From an uncultured Chthonomonadaceae bacterium (GTDB taxonomy: Bacteria > Armatimonadota > Chthonomonadetes > Chthonomonadales > Chthonomonadaceae), in contig CAWIEK010000053.1 in assembly GCA_963835065.1 (NCBI GenBank), forward strand, positions 256,001-320,000: 64,000 bases of DNA, read 5' to 3'. The translations under genes and the position numbers were made by a program. This document shows positions 53,530-62,904 of this stretch, piece by piece. Each line of letters begins with the position of its first letter. Position 1 is the stretch's first letter. The notes beneath the pieces are model-generated. The model was not told the origin of the DNA. It was given only the letters and a program-made list of their open reading frames with translations, and searched no databases.

Positions 53530-54122
53530 TAAAGTATCCCCTTCGTTGAGGGGATGCCCTGTACGCGGGGGTCATGCGCAATCGCTTGTGCCGCTGCGCG
53601 CCCGAACGCTTTGAATGCCGCTTCGATGATATGATGCGTATTGGTTCCGGCCATTTGCCGCAGGTGTACCGTCCAGCCGGCGTTTACGGCGAAGGCGCGA
53701 AAGAACTCCGGTACTAATTCACTTGTAAAATCGCCTAATTTCGGGGTTGGAAAGGTTAAATCGCAGGCCAGAAAGCCGCGCCCACTGATGTCAATGGCGC
53801 AAAACACCAGCGCCTCATCCATCGGCACGGCGCAGTTCCCTACCCGCGCAATCCCCGCCCGGTCTCCCAATGCTTCCGCAAACGCCTTGCCCAAGACAAT
53901 GCCCACATCTTCAACGGTATGATGATCGTCAATGTGCAGGTCGCCGCTTGCCTGCACGGTTAATTCCAGCAGGCCATGTTTGGCGATATGCGTCAGCATG
54001 TGATCGAAAAACCCTACGCCCGTCTGAATTTCGCTTTTGCCGCCGCCCTCCAAAGACAGACTAAGTTTTATATCGGTTTCCGCAGTTTGGCGGTGTATAC
54101 TTGCTGTACGGGGTTGGCTCAT
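53529..54122 (-). CDS. hisB: Imidazoleglycerol-phosphate dehydratase
   Basis: FFDHML, DDHHTVED, PMDEAL, NTHHIIEAAFK, PSTKG. Confidence 0.97.
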   Translation of the reverse strand: MSQPRTASIHRQTAETDIKLSLSLEGGGKSEIQTGVGFFDHMLTHIAKHGLLELTVQASGDLHIDDHHTVEDVGIVLGKAFAEALGDRAGIARVGNCAVPMDEALVFCAIDISGRGFLACDLTFPTPKLGDFTSELVPEFFRAFAVNAGWTVHLRQMAGTNTHHIIEAAFKAFGRAAAQAIAHDPRVQGIPSTKGIL

Positions 54123-54144
54123 AATCTTTGCACTGTCCGCCTCA

Positions 54145-54771
54145 TCAGGCCAACTTGATTTCTTCAAAGTTCGTGATGGCAATTTTAATGATTTTCAGGA
54201 AGTTGCGGCCTTCCGGCGTTCGCAGCAAATTGACGCTCGGAAAGCTATACTCGCAGGGCGTGATAATTTGTCCGGCGTCTGCCCAAGGATATTCTGTATT
54301 ATACGGCGCGGTTTCACGCTCAAGCGCCGGGGCGAGAATTTCGATCTCCCTTGCCAGCAGGCGGGCGATTCGCGTTACGTGCCGCAGTTCTGCGCTTTTG
54401 TTACGATACCGCACCTGAACATAAGGCGCTTTCAAAAAGCCGATGATAAACTTGGAAAACGCGACATGGCTTGTCAGCAGGTTTTCAATCGGCGTACCGG
54501 TGTCACGGAAGCGGTAAGCTTTGGCTATCTTTTCACAGGCCATTTGCAAGTAGTGCAAGGCATGGCACAATTCTACCTGAGCAAGCAACGGATATTGCGC
54601 CGCCAGCTCTCTACTGGTAAATAATTCGTAAATTGCCAGATCGGAACGACTCTGCTTGACATACGCTTGCGCCCAAGCAACGCGGTTATCCGGCAACGTA
54701 CCGCGCTGTAGGACATCAGCAATACCGGTACGCACTTCTGGAACATCAACTTCTTCGGGTTCTGGCCCCAT
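54145..54771 (-). CDS. Divergent HEPN-like protein
   Basis: QSRSDL...HYLQMACEKIAKAY...TSH...NTEYPW. Confidence 0.65.
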   Translation of the reverse strand: MGPEPEEVDVPEVRTGIADVLQRGTLPDNRVAWAQAYVKQSRSDLAIYELFTSRELAAQYPLLAQVELCHALHYLQMACEKIAKAYRFRDTGTPIENLLTSHVAFSKFIIGFLKAPYVQVRYRNKSAELRHVTRIARLLAREIEILAPALERETAPYNTEYPWADAGQIITPCEYSFPSVNLLRTPEGRNFLKIIKIAITNFEEIKLA

Positions 54772-54791
54772 AACGATGTATCAAACTCTTT

Positions 54792-55118
54792 TCAAGAACG
54801 CGAGTATCGTTTTACGCTCTGCAAATTCCAGCCGGCAGGCAGGGGAATAGTACCTTCACAAACACGCTCCATTTCTTCGGGAGTCACTTCCGCAACAACG
54901 CTGGAATACGTGATTTCCTCGGCGGGCGCAAAACCGAATGTCATTACCTCGCCTGTCGGCAGAGTCGCACTGTTGATTTCCAGCAGCTTGATGGGTTCTG
55001 TTGGGCTATCTTCATCCATCGCCAGAAACCGATAAATTTCTGTTGTATACGGATCAACATTGAAGTGCCACTCTATCAGCTTTTCAGCCACTTCATCTTT
55101 TGCGGTGAGAGTCTGCAT
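54792..55118 (-). CDS. Small acidic partner protein (possible degenerate MNT-fold antitoxin)
   Basis: EPIKLLEIN...FGFAP...AEVTPEE...LPAGW directly upstream of the HEPN-like gene. Confidence 0.55.
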   Translation of the reverse strand: MQTLTAKDEVAEKLIEWHFNVDPYTTEIYRFLAMDEDSPTEPIKLLEINSATLPTGEVMTFGFAPAEEITYSSVVAEVTPEEMERVCEGTIPLPAGWNLQSVKRYSRS

Positions 55119-55125
55119 GGCGTTC

Positions 55126-56430
55126 CTACTTGTTTTCTGATGCTGTGGAAACGGCGACACGTACCTTAACCGCTTCGGCGTGGGCGTCGAAGCCTTCGGC
55201 GCAGGCAAAGGAAGTCAGCGCGTCCGCGACCTGCTCTAAGGCGGGCGCGGTGTAGTACAGGAAACTGGACTTTTTCACGAACGTATCTACGTGCAGGGGC
55301 GAGGCAAAGCGGGCGGTTCCACTCGTCGGCAGGGTGTGGCTCGGTCCGGCAAGGTAATCGCCCAGCGTTTGCGGCGTGTAATCGCCCATTAAAATTGCGC
55401 CCGCGTTGCGGATGTGACCGAGGGCAGCCAGCGGGTCGCGCACCATCAGGGCGAGATGTTCCGGCGCGCAAATGTTGGCAAGTTCGTAGGCTTGCAGCAA
55501 CGATTCCGTGACAAGCGCGGCGCTGTTGTCTTCCAGCGATTTGAGCAGAATGTCGCGGCGGGGCAGTTTTTGCAATTGCCGCTCGATTTCCTTCAAAACT
55601 TCCTGCGCCAATGCCTCGGAAGGCGTAATCAGAAACGCGGCGGCTTCTACATCGTGTTCGGCCTGCGTAAGCATATCGAGCGCGGCGAAAATGGGGTTGG
55701 CGTGTTCGTCCGCAACCACGCATACTTCGCTTGGCCCGGCCAGCATATCAATATCCACCACGCCCCACAATTGCTTTTTGGCGATGTTGACATACACATT
55801 GCCCGGCCCGACCACTTTATCTACGGCGGGAACGGTTTGGGTTCCATACGCAAGCGCGGCGATGGCCTGCGCGCCCCCGACCGTCAGGACGCGCTGCACC
55901 CCGGCCACTTTGGCGGCAAACAGCACAAGCGGCGGTACTTTGCCGTCCTTTTGAACGGGAGTGCAAAGAATCACTTCGGGGACGCCCGCCACAATCGCCG
56001 GAATCGCGGCCATCAATACCGTGCTTGGATACGCCGCCGTGCCGCCGGGAACGTACACGCCGACGCGATCCAGCGGGCGCACAAGCTGCCCTAAAATTTT
56101 GTCGGGCTGCGCGTCCAGCCAGCTAGTCTTGCGCTGCTGCTGATGGAATTTTTCGATGTTGGCCGCGGATTGGCGCACCGCGTCGCGCAGTTTGGGCGCA
56201 ATCGTCTCTTCCGCGTCGTCCCACAACGCGCGGGGAACTTCCAGCGTGTCCAAATCGGGCGAATCAAAGCGGCGGCTTAGTTCCAGCAAAGCCACATCGC
56301 CGCGCGCCCGAACGTCCGCAATAATATTGCGCACAATGGCTTCCACGCGGGGGTTATCCTGCAGCGTCGTTCGCGCCAAAACCGCGCGAACTGGCTCCAT
56401 CCCGTCCTGAGCAACCCGAAGAATTCGCAA
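55126..56430 (-). CDS. hisD: Histidinol dehydrogenase
   Basis: GVYVPGG, GGAQAIAALAYG, GPGNVYV, AGPSE, QAEH, APEHL, GPSHTLPT. Confidence 0.98.
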   Translation of the reverse strand: MRILRVAQDGMEPVRAVLARTTLQDNPRVEAIVRNIIADVRARGDVALLELSRRFDSPDLDTLEVPRALWDDAEETIAPKLRDAVRQSAANIEKFHQQQRKTSWLDAQPDKILGQLVRPLDRVGVYVPGGTAAYPSTVLMAAIPAIVAGVPEVILCTPVQKDGKVPPLVLFAAKVAGVQRVLTVGGAQAIAALAYGTQTVPAVDKVVGPGNVYVNIAKKQLWGVVDIDMLAGPSEVCVVADEHANPIFAALDMLTQAEHDVEAAAFLITPSEALAQEVLKEIERQLQKLPRRDILLKSLEDNSAALVTESLLQAYELANICAPEHLALMVRDPLAALGHIRNAGAILMGDYTPQTLGDYLAGPSHTLPTSGTARFASPLHVDTFVKKSSFLYYTAPALEQVADALTSFACAEGFDAHAEAVKVRVAVSTASENK

Positions 56431-56561
56431 CGCGCCCCGTCCTTATCCAAAGCCGAAGTAAGCAGGCGTATAACAGTCAGTCTTCCGCTTTGAAGCGCGG
56501 AGGCTGAGGCTGTCATTCCTGCTTACATTATACGGCGTTTGCGCGGGGGAAGTCAATGCAC

Positions 56562-56678
56562 GGAAGTAGTCAGTAGTCAGTAGTCAGTAGAAGAACCCAC
56601 TCCTGTAATCTGCTGTTTTAGAACAAAGCCCTGAGTAGAAAGGTATTTCTACTGACTACTGACTACTGACTACTTTCC
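56562..56678. repeat. GTAGTCA heptamer palindromic element supplying the stop codon of the HD-GYP/GGDEF gene
   Basis: ggaagtagtcagtagtcagtagtcagtagaa ... ttctactgactactgactactgactactttcc. Confidence 0.9.
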
Positions 56679-59358
56679 ACTTCTCCAACACGCTCGCCAC
56701 TACCGCCGTGTCCAGGCACAGTGGCTCAGAAAACAGACAGCGCACTTCCTTTTCCGTTCTGCCTTCGCGTTCAATCCTGCCTTCGCGTTGTTTTTGTTCC
56801 GTTTTGGTTTGGAACATGCGGCGGTCGGCAATGGCTATCAGGTCTTCCAGGCTGCCGCTGTCATGGGGCGCGCAGGCAATGCCGATACTCACATCCAGAT
56901 GGCAGGACGCATCGAAGTCGGACAGAAAATCGGGGCGATAATTCTGCACCGCGCTGCGAATGCGCGCCGCCACTTCGCGCGCTCCCGTTTCGCCGGATTG
57001 CGGCAGCACGATCACAAACTCATCGCCGCCATAGCGCACGGCCATATCAGTTGGGCGCAGTTCACGCGGCAGTAATTGCGCCACTTCGCGCAGGACGCGG
57101 CTGCCCTGCGGGTGTCCGAAACGCGTATTCATGTTCTTGAAATTGTCCAGGTCGAGGTACAGCAGGGCGCAGTTTCTGCCATTATGCGGTGGGAGAAGGG
57201 AATCCATTTTTTGGCGCAGATAGCGCATATTGTTCAGACCGGTCAGCGCGTCCGTGTTGGCGTTGCTGTACGCGCGGACATACTCCTGTTCCTGACTCAA
57301 TGCGGTCTGCACCTGTTCGGCGATCATAGTCAGCAAATGTTCGTCATCCGCGCTGAAGGCATCCGGGTCGCGATGGTAAAACGTCATCGTTCCCAGAACA
57401 TCCTCGCCGTGCAGCAGGGGCACAATCAGAATAGAGCGCACGGGGCGCGTATCGTCTTCCGACACAGACCAGGTTAATCCTTCCGCGTTGTAAGGGCCGC
57501 GCGCGGTGCGCCGATGACGCGCCGCGATAGCAGAAGGCGCGTTGGCATCCAGCAGGGAATGGTTCAGAAGCACATCCGCGTTGTGCCCCGCAGCGGCGTA
57601 CACGCGCAAGCGGGGTTCGGATGGGGTTTCGTCCGCGCCATCACCTTTATTCCCATTGGCAAGGGCGGCGTTGTTATCCGATGCCGCAGAATTCTGCGCG
57701 GGCCATGCGGACGGCAAGCGCAAGCCCTCCGGCAGCGGGGTATCAAATACCCGGCTCGGAGGAGCGTCATACAGGAAAAAGGCGCAGGTGGTTCCCTGCC
57801 GAATTGCCGTCAGCTTTTCTACCAGTTGTGTCAGCCGCCATTGCATTGGAATGGGCAAATTCAGCTTCTGGCTTATCTCATAAAACACCCACAGCTCCCA
57901 GGCCGAGTGTCCAATCTGGCGCGAAACGCCCGAAGCCGTACTTGCCGCGGAAGGCTGGCCTGTTATGGCTTCCGCGCTTGCCGTCACCAGTTCCAGTTCC
58001 TGCATGGTGAGATCAACCTGATCCACCACTTCCAAAAACGCGCGCACGACCTGCGGATCAAACTGCATCCCGGCTTCTGTAATCAGAAAATCCAGAGTTT
58101 TCTGACGCGGCCAGGCGGTGCGATAAGGACGATCTGACGTGAGGGCGTCGTACACGTCCGCAACCGACAAAATGCGCGCGCTCAAGGGGATGGCCTCGCC
58201 TGCCAGTCCGTCCGGGTAGCCCGTGCCGTCCCATTTCTCATGGTGATGGCGCACCACGTCAGAAACCGGCCAGGGAAACTGAACCGGTTCCAGAATATCC
58301 GCGCCCACTACGGGATGCCGCTTCATCTTCTCAAATTCATCCGGCGTCAGGCGGCCCGGCTTAAGCAGGACGTAATCCGGTACGCCCAGTTTGCCGATGT
58401 CGTGCAGCACCGCCCCGGTGCGAATCGCCTCCAACTCCGCCCCGCTCACGCCCATATTCTGCGCAATCGAAACCGCGTAATGCTGTACGCGGTGGATGTG
58501 GGCATGCGTATACTGATCCTTGGCGGCAATCGCCGTCGCCAGCGATTTCACCGTAGACAGATACAACTCGCTGAGTTCCTCTTTGCCCGCTTCCAGCTCC
58601 TTTTTGCCGGCTTCCAGTTTGTCTATCAACTGCTGCGTTTCGGCAACATGGTCGGCATACAGCTTATTGTAGTATTGCAGCGCGAACGGCACAACCGCCG
58701 CGCCCAGAAGCAGGGTGCGGCTGTCACTGACAAACATCACGGCAAAGGCGACGTAGGCCGCTCCCAGCAAATGCGGAGGAAACGCCCACATAAAATCTTT
58801 ATGCCATAGTATTCGCAGGGAACGGCGCGAGGTCAGGGAAATCATTTTTGCCAGCAAGCCGGCATTCAGAAAAAAATACGTGGTCATCGCCGCGAACACT
58901 GCCGGCAGGGAACCTGGTCTCACCATTCCCACGCCATGATTAAACAGGGCGAAGACCTGCCCGGAACACCAGGCGGTGGTTACGATAGAGGCCATATTGA
59001 ACAGCAGATACCGCAACTGCGTACGGCGCGGATACAAGTCGGCGGCAAGCGTGGAAACAATTCCGGCTAGAACTCCCGCGCGTATTCCCAAAGCCAGTAG
59101 CGTTCCGAATGTCACCAGGAACCCGAGCGTTACATAACGCAACTCGTCCGGCTGTCTGGAATGTAATAAATACACTTTGCGCGTACCCGCAAAGGCCGCC
59201 AGTGTCAGAGCAATGCCGACAGGAAGCAGCGGGAGGTGGTCGCCCGCAACAGGCGGCAGAAGCAGCGTGGCAAGCAGGGCGGCAATTCCCAGCAGACAAA
59301 CTACAACCAGAAAGCCGCGCGCGCTAAAAGATTCGGATGACGAGGATTTAGATGGCAT
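56656..59358 (-). CDS. Multi-TM sensor, HD-GYP phosphodiesterase, GAF and GGDEF diguanylate cyclase
   Basis: About seven TM segments in the first 230 aa; HDIGK, HHEKWDGTGYP, DRPYR; SILIVPL...FSADDEHLL; RPTD I-site and GGDEF. Confidence 0.93.
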   Translation of the reverse strand: MPSKSSSSESFSARGFLVVVCLLGIAALLATLLLPPVAGDHLPLLPVGIALTLAAFAGTRKVYLLHSRQPDELRYVTLGFLVTFGTLLALGIRAGVLAGIVSTLAADLYPRRTQLRYLLFNMASIVTTAWCSGQVFALFNHGVGMVRPGSLPAVFAAMTTYFFLNAGLLAKMISLTSRRSLRILWHKDFMWAFPPHLLGAAYVAFAVMFVSDSRTLLLGAAVVPFALQYYNKLYADHVAETQQLIDKLEAGKKELEAGKEELSELYLSTVKSLATAIAAKDQYTHAHIHRVQHYAVSIAQNMGVSGAELEAIRTGAVLHDIGKLGVPDYVLLKPGRLTPDEFEKMKRHPVVGADILEPVQFPWPVSDVVRHHHEKWDGTGYPDGLAGEAIPLSARILSVADVYDALTSDRPYRTAWPRQKTLDFLITEAGMQFDPQVVRAFLEVVDQVDLTMQELELVTASAEAITGQPSAASTASGVSRQIGHSAWELWVFYEISQKLNLPIPMQWRLTQLVEKLTAIRQGTTCAFFLYDAPPSRVFDTPLPEGLRLPSAWPAQNSAASDNNAALANGNKGDGADETPSEPRLRVYAAAGHNADVLLNHSLLDANAPSAIAARHRRTARGPYNAEGLTWSVSEDDTRPVRSILIVPLLHGEDVLGTMTFYHRDPDAFSADDEHLLTMIAEQVQTALSQEQEYVRAYSNANTDALTGLNNMRYLRQKMDSLLPPHNGRNCALLYLDLDNFKNMNTRFGHPQGSRVLREVAQLLPRELRPTDMAVRYGGDEFVIVLPQSGETGAREVAARIRSAVQNYRPDFLSDFDASCHLDVSIGIACAPHDSGSLEDLIAIADRRMFQTKTEQKQREGRIEREGRTEKEVRCLFSEPLCLDTAVVASVLEKWKVVSSQ

Positions 59359-59502
59359 AAGAAGAGGTCCTCAGAAGCTAAACGCCGATGAAAAAGAGAA
59401 ACACCAATGAAAGTCTTGCGGTTGCCTGCTATGGCACCTGAAGATGATATCAAAGGAGGAGGCGCACTTAACAAGTGGAGGCTAAAAACCACCATTTGTC
59501 CA

Positions 59503-59528
59503 TTATCGGCACTCTTGTTACAGATTTA
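59503..59528 (-). promoter_or_regulatory. Sigma28 (FliA/SigD)-like promoter for the HD-GYP/GGDEF gene
   Basis: TAAA-N14-GCCGATAA. Confidence 0.55.
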
Positions 59529-59582
59529 TAGCCCATTTCGAAAAATTTTCTAAATTTTTTGTCAAAATGTCTATTTTCCCCC

Positions 59583-59608
59583 TAAAGATGCCGGTTTCGT
59601 ATGCCGAT
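59583..59608 (+). promoter_or_regulatory. Sigma28-like promoter for the subtilase
   Basis: TAAA-N16-GCCGAT. Confidence 0.5.
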
Positions 59609-60032
59609 GGTCTTAGTAAGAGATTGACCCTGCCCTTATAAGCGGCGCTGTTCAGGCTCCTTCAACGGCAAAGACCAGCGCGCACCTTCCACATTCAGGT
59701 CTTCTTCCACTCCGCGCCCCGCCGCGCAGACATACGCTTTGTTGCGTACCTTGCTTTGCATGCCGGTTCGTTACGGCAGCGTTTTGCGGCAGTCGGCAAT
59801 TTCCTGCCAACTCGAAGCAGCGAATTACCGGGATGTTCTTTCGCTTTTCCGCATTTCACGGGTACAGGCAATTTCAGACTGTTCATCGCCTTCCTTGATA
59901 CTTCCAATCGCAGCCCTTTCTACGCAACTCTCCGCCAGGTTGACGAGAAAAGACAACCCCTGACCGGTTCCGGCTGTTCCCATTCAACAATGTTCGCTTC
60001 TACTCTCATCAGTATTCTTATATAAGGAGAGA

Positions 60033-61946
60033 ATGATGACCGTTTTGCCCACGCAGACGCGCTTTATTGCGTCTTTCAACTCATCTTCAACAGCAAACCG
60101 CTCTCGTCGCGCGCGGCTGTCCGGTTTTGGACTGCTGACGGGCGCGTTTGCGCTTTCAACCGGCGCTTGGTCGCCCGCGCAAGCAGCATCCGCTCCGCCC
60201 GCGCATCTCTCGCCGACAGACAGCGCCAAAATCGCGCCCTTTGTGCGCCAGCGCCTGTCCGGTACGTCTGGCGACTTGATTCCCGTCATCGTCAAAACCG
60301 ATGGAACTATTCCCGCTTCCGTCCAGGGGCTGGTGGGCAAAACTTCGCTCACCGCGTTTGCTTTCCCGCGCGCCGGCAAGAATACGCCGGCGCTGGCGCT
60401 GCTCAACCGGGGTGACGTGATGGCGGCGCGGCTGGACGCGCGGAGCATTGCCGCCCTGGCCGCAGACCGTCATACGCTCCACATCTCGCCGGATTTGCCC
60501 GTGCAAACGTTCAGTTCCGGCCCGGCTTATCTGGATTACGCGATGGAAGCGACGGGCATCAACTACCTGCAAGCCAGCCACAATCTGTCAGGCCGGGGCG
60601 TCGGGGTTGCTGTCGTAGATACCGGCATTTATCCGCACAACGACCTGTCGCAAACGGCCTCGCGCATTGTCGGCTGGACAGATTTGGTGCAGAACCTCAG
60701 CCAGCCCTACGATGACAACGGGCATGGCACACACGTCGCCGGGTTGGTGGGCGGCAACGGAAACACTTCGGCTGCCAACGGATATATCACTTCGTTTGTC
60801 CGCTCCGCTCCCAACACGTCGCTTATCGGCGTGAAAGTGCTGGACAGAACCGGCGGCGGCAGCGTCAGTACGGTGATTGCGGGCATCAACTGGTGCATCG
60901 CGCATCGAGCGCAATACAACATCCGCGTCATGAATTTAAGCGTGGGGCATCCCATCGGCGAAAGCTACCAGACCGATCCGTTGTGCCAGGCTTGCGAACA
61001 AGCGTGGGCGGCGGGCATTACGGTTGTCGTGGCGGCAGGCAACAACGGACGCAGCGTGCCGAGCGACCCCAACAGCCCCACGCAGTACGGCTCGATTACC
61101 AGTCCCGGCAACGATCCGAGCGTGATTACCGTAGGCGCAGTCAACACGCGGGGCACGCTCCTGCGCGACGACGACCTCATCTGCACCTACAGCAGCCGGG
61201 GGCCGAGCATGGGCGATCTGGTTCTCAAGCCCGACATCGTTGCGCCCGGCAACAACATCATCAGCCTGGCCGCGCCGGGCAGCGCACTGTTCGCGCAGGC
61301 CGGCGGCAACCTGCTCACCCCATCAGATTACGGCGGCACGGGGAGTCAGGCGTATATGACGCTGTCGGGCACGTCCATGGCGGCGCCCATCGTGTCCGGC
61401 GCAGTCGCCCTCATGCTGGAAGCCGACCCGACCTTAACCCCGGATACCGTCAAAGCGCGCCTGATGCTGTCGGCCACCAAGACCGCCACTATGGATTATC
61501 AGTCTTACGGGGCCGGATATATTAATGTAGTGGGCGCGCTGGCCTTGACGCAGGTAACAGCCGATCATTCGATCAGCCCTTCCCTGACCCGCCTTTCCAA
61601 TGGCACGGTGGATATTACCAACTTCGGCTGGGGCGGCAACATCGTTGACCAGAACTTCGGTTGGGGCTACAACGGCACGGACAAAAAAATCACGGCGGAA
61701 AACTTCGGGTGGGGCTACAACGGCCCGGTGGGAAAAGACGGCAAGCTGTACGACGATTCCGACTACCTGACGCCGCAGAACTTCGGCTGGGGCGACAACG
61801 GCTTTACGGGCCTGGGCGTGTTCGGACCGCAAACCCTGCCCACCAACGTCGGCCCGACCGACCCCGCGCTGTGGAACGGCCACATCACGCCAATCAACAC
61901 GCCCACGCAAACCGACTGCCTGAGCCTGCTGTTTCGAGGCGATTAG
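60033..61946 (+). CDS. Secreted S8 subtilase (AprX-like) with a C-terminal 4x NFGWG tail
   Basis: Signal peptide ending AQA, propeptide, VDTG, HGTHVAG, AAGN, GTSMAAP. Confidence 0.95.
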   Translation: MMTVLPTQTRFIASFNSSSTANRSRRARLSGFGLLTGAFALSTGAWSPAQAASAPPAHLSPTDSAKIAPFVRQRLSGTSGDLIPVIVKTDGTIPASVQGLVGKTSLTAFAFPRAGKNTPALALLNRGDVMAARLDARSIAALAADRHTLHISPDLPVQTFSSGPAYLDYAMEATGINYLQASHNLSGRGVGVAVVDTGIYPHNDLSQTASRIVGWTDLVQNLSQPYDDNGHGTHVAGLVGGNGNTSAANGYITSFVRSAPNTSLIGVKVLDRTGGGSVSTVIAGINWCIAHRAQYNIRVMNLSVGHPIGESYQTDPLCQACEQAWAAGITVVVAAGNNGRSVPSDPNSPTQYGSITSPGNDPSVITVGAVNTRGTLLRDDDLICTYSSRGPSMGDLVLKPDIVAPGNNIISLAAPGSALFAQAGGNLLTPSDYGGTGSQAYMTLSGTSMAAPIVSGAVALMLEADPTLTPDTVKARLMLSATKTATMDYQSYGAGYINVVGALALTQVTADHSISPSLTRLSNGTVDITNFGWGGNIVDQNFGWGYNGTDKKITAENFGWGYNGPVGKDGKLYDDSDYLTPQNFGWGDNGFTGLGVFGPQTLPTNVGPTDPALWNGHITPINTPTQTDCLSLLFRGD

Positions 61947-62066
61947 TTGATAGTTGATAGTTCTTAGTTGATAGAGATGAAGAGATTAAGAACTTTCAGC
62001 GCTACGTCACTTGATCACCGGTAACAGGTTGAAATTCCTCTGAAACACAGGAGTTTGTGAAGCAGA

Positions 62067-62104
62067 CGAGTGGAGGCAGAAACATTGTTTTCTGCCTCCA
62101 CTCG
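62067..62104. terminator. Bidirectional terminator
   Basis: cgagtggaggcagaaa / tttctgcctccactcg. Confidence 0.8.
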
Positions 62105-62146
62105 CTTTGTATCCAATCATCAAAGCTGTCATTGCTAACTTGCGAG

Positions 62147-62518
62147 CTATGGACGCGCTGTAATCGTTACTTTGCCACCGATAACAGCCTCAAAAAATAC
62201 ATCATGCCCTTGCAGCAGTCTCGTTCCTAACAGTGGATCGGTATCGGCAACTTCCACATAAACATTGCGCAACCTGCCGTCCCATTCCACAAACCCAACG
62301 TAAACATCAATCTCTTCCAACACGCCATTTGCCAATGTAGTTATGCTATGCGTAAGCCAAACCAAGCCAAGTTCACGAACCTGCTGCGGACTCAAAGTGA
62401 GCGATCCATTGAAGCCGGTGTCCACCAGAAAAGAAATCGTTTGTTTATTCCCGGCAGAACTTCGTATTGTCAAAGGAACTCGTGGCTCGTAATGTTCATC
62501 TACAAAGCCAGGAATCAT
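62147..62518 (-). CDS. Clan AA (retropepsin-like) aspartic protease
   Basis: FLVDTGFNGSL...LLGTRLL. Confidence 0.85.
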   Translation of the reverse strand: MIPGFVDEHYEPRVPLTIRSSAGNKQTISFLVDTGFNGSLTLSPQQVRELGLVWLTHSITTLANGVLEEIDVYVGFVEWDGRLRNVYVEVADTDPLLGTRLLQGHDVFFEAVIGGKVTITARP

Positions 62519-62790
62519 GTCGTTATCCTTGTTCTGCGGAAGCCGAACCGGTACGCAGTAGCATGTCCTGCCCGCATCAGCCACAATTGCGCATCAGGAT
62601 TGCGCAGCAAGAGACGTTCTCCTGCCGTATAATCGTCCTCATCCACCTCGTAATCGCCGGTTTCAATGTCAATGGCGACAAATTTGCCGTTGTGCTGCGG
62701 TTCGACGTGGGCGCGGATGTTGTTATAGTAGAGCGCTTCCCCGCGTTGCGCGAACTCTTCTTTGCTGTAACGTGGTTCTCGTGCCTGCAT
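62515..62790 (-). CDS. DUF5678-like small protein coupled to the aspartic protease
   Basis: GKFVAIDIETGDYEVDED...PDAQLWLMRAG; ATGA overlap. Confidence 0.7.
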   Translation of the reverse strand: MQAREPRYSKEEFAQRGEALYYNNIRAHVEPQHNGKFVAIDIETGDYEVDEDDYTAGERLLLRNPDAQLWLMRAGHATAYRFGFRRTRITT

Positions 62791-62904
62791 GGTTTGGCTC
62801 CTTTTTCAAGGCAGAAGGCTTGCGCGGCGGAAAGTGTCTGCGGCTGGCTGTTCGGCAGGAACAAACAGTCGGGTACACCCTGCGGCTTGTCTAATGCCTG
62901 ATGC

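Noticed and set aside
59360..60032. c-di-GMP riboswitch or separate signal-peptide ORF in the intergenic gap
   Set aside because: No GEMM core (GGCAAAC..GAAA..GACGCAAAG) recognised; short ORFs (59301..59495, MDKWWFLASTC) lack a convincing SD or signal features; Infernal would be needed to exclude
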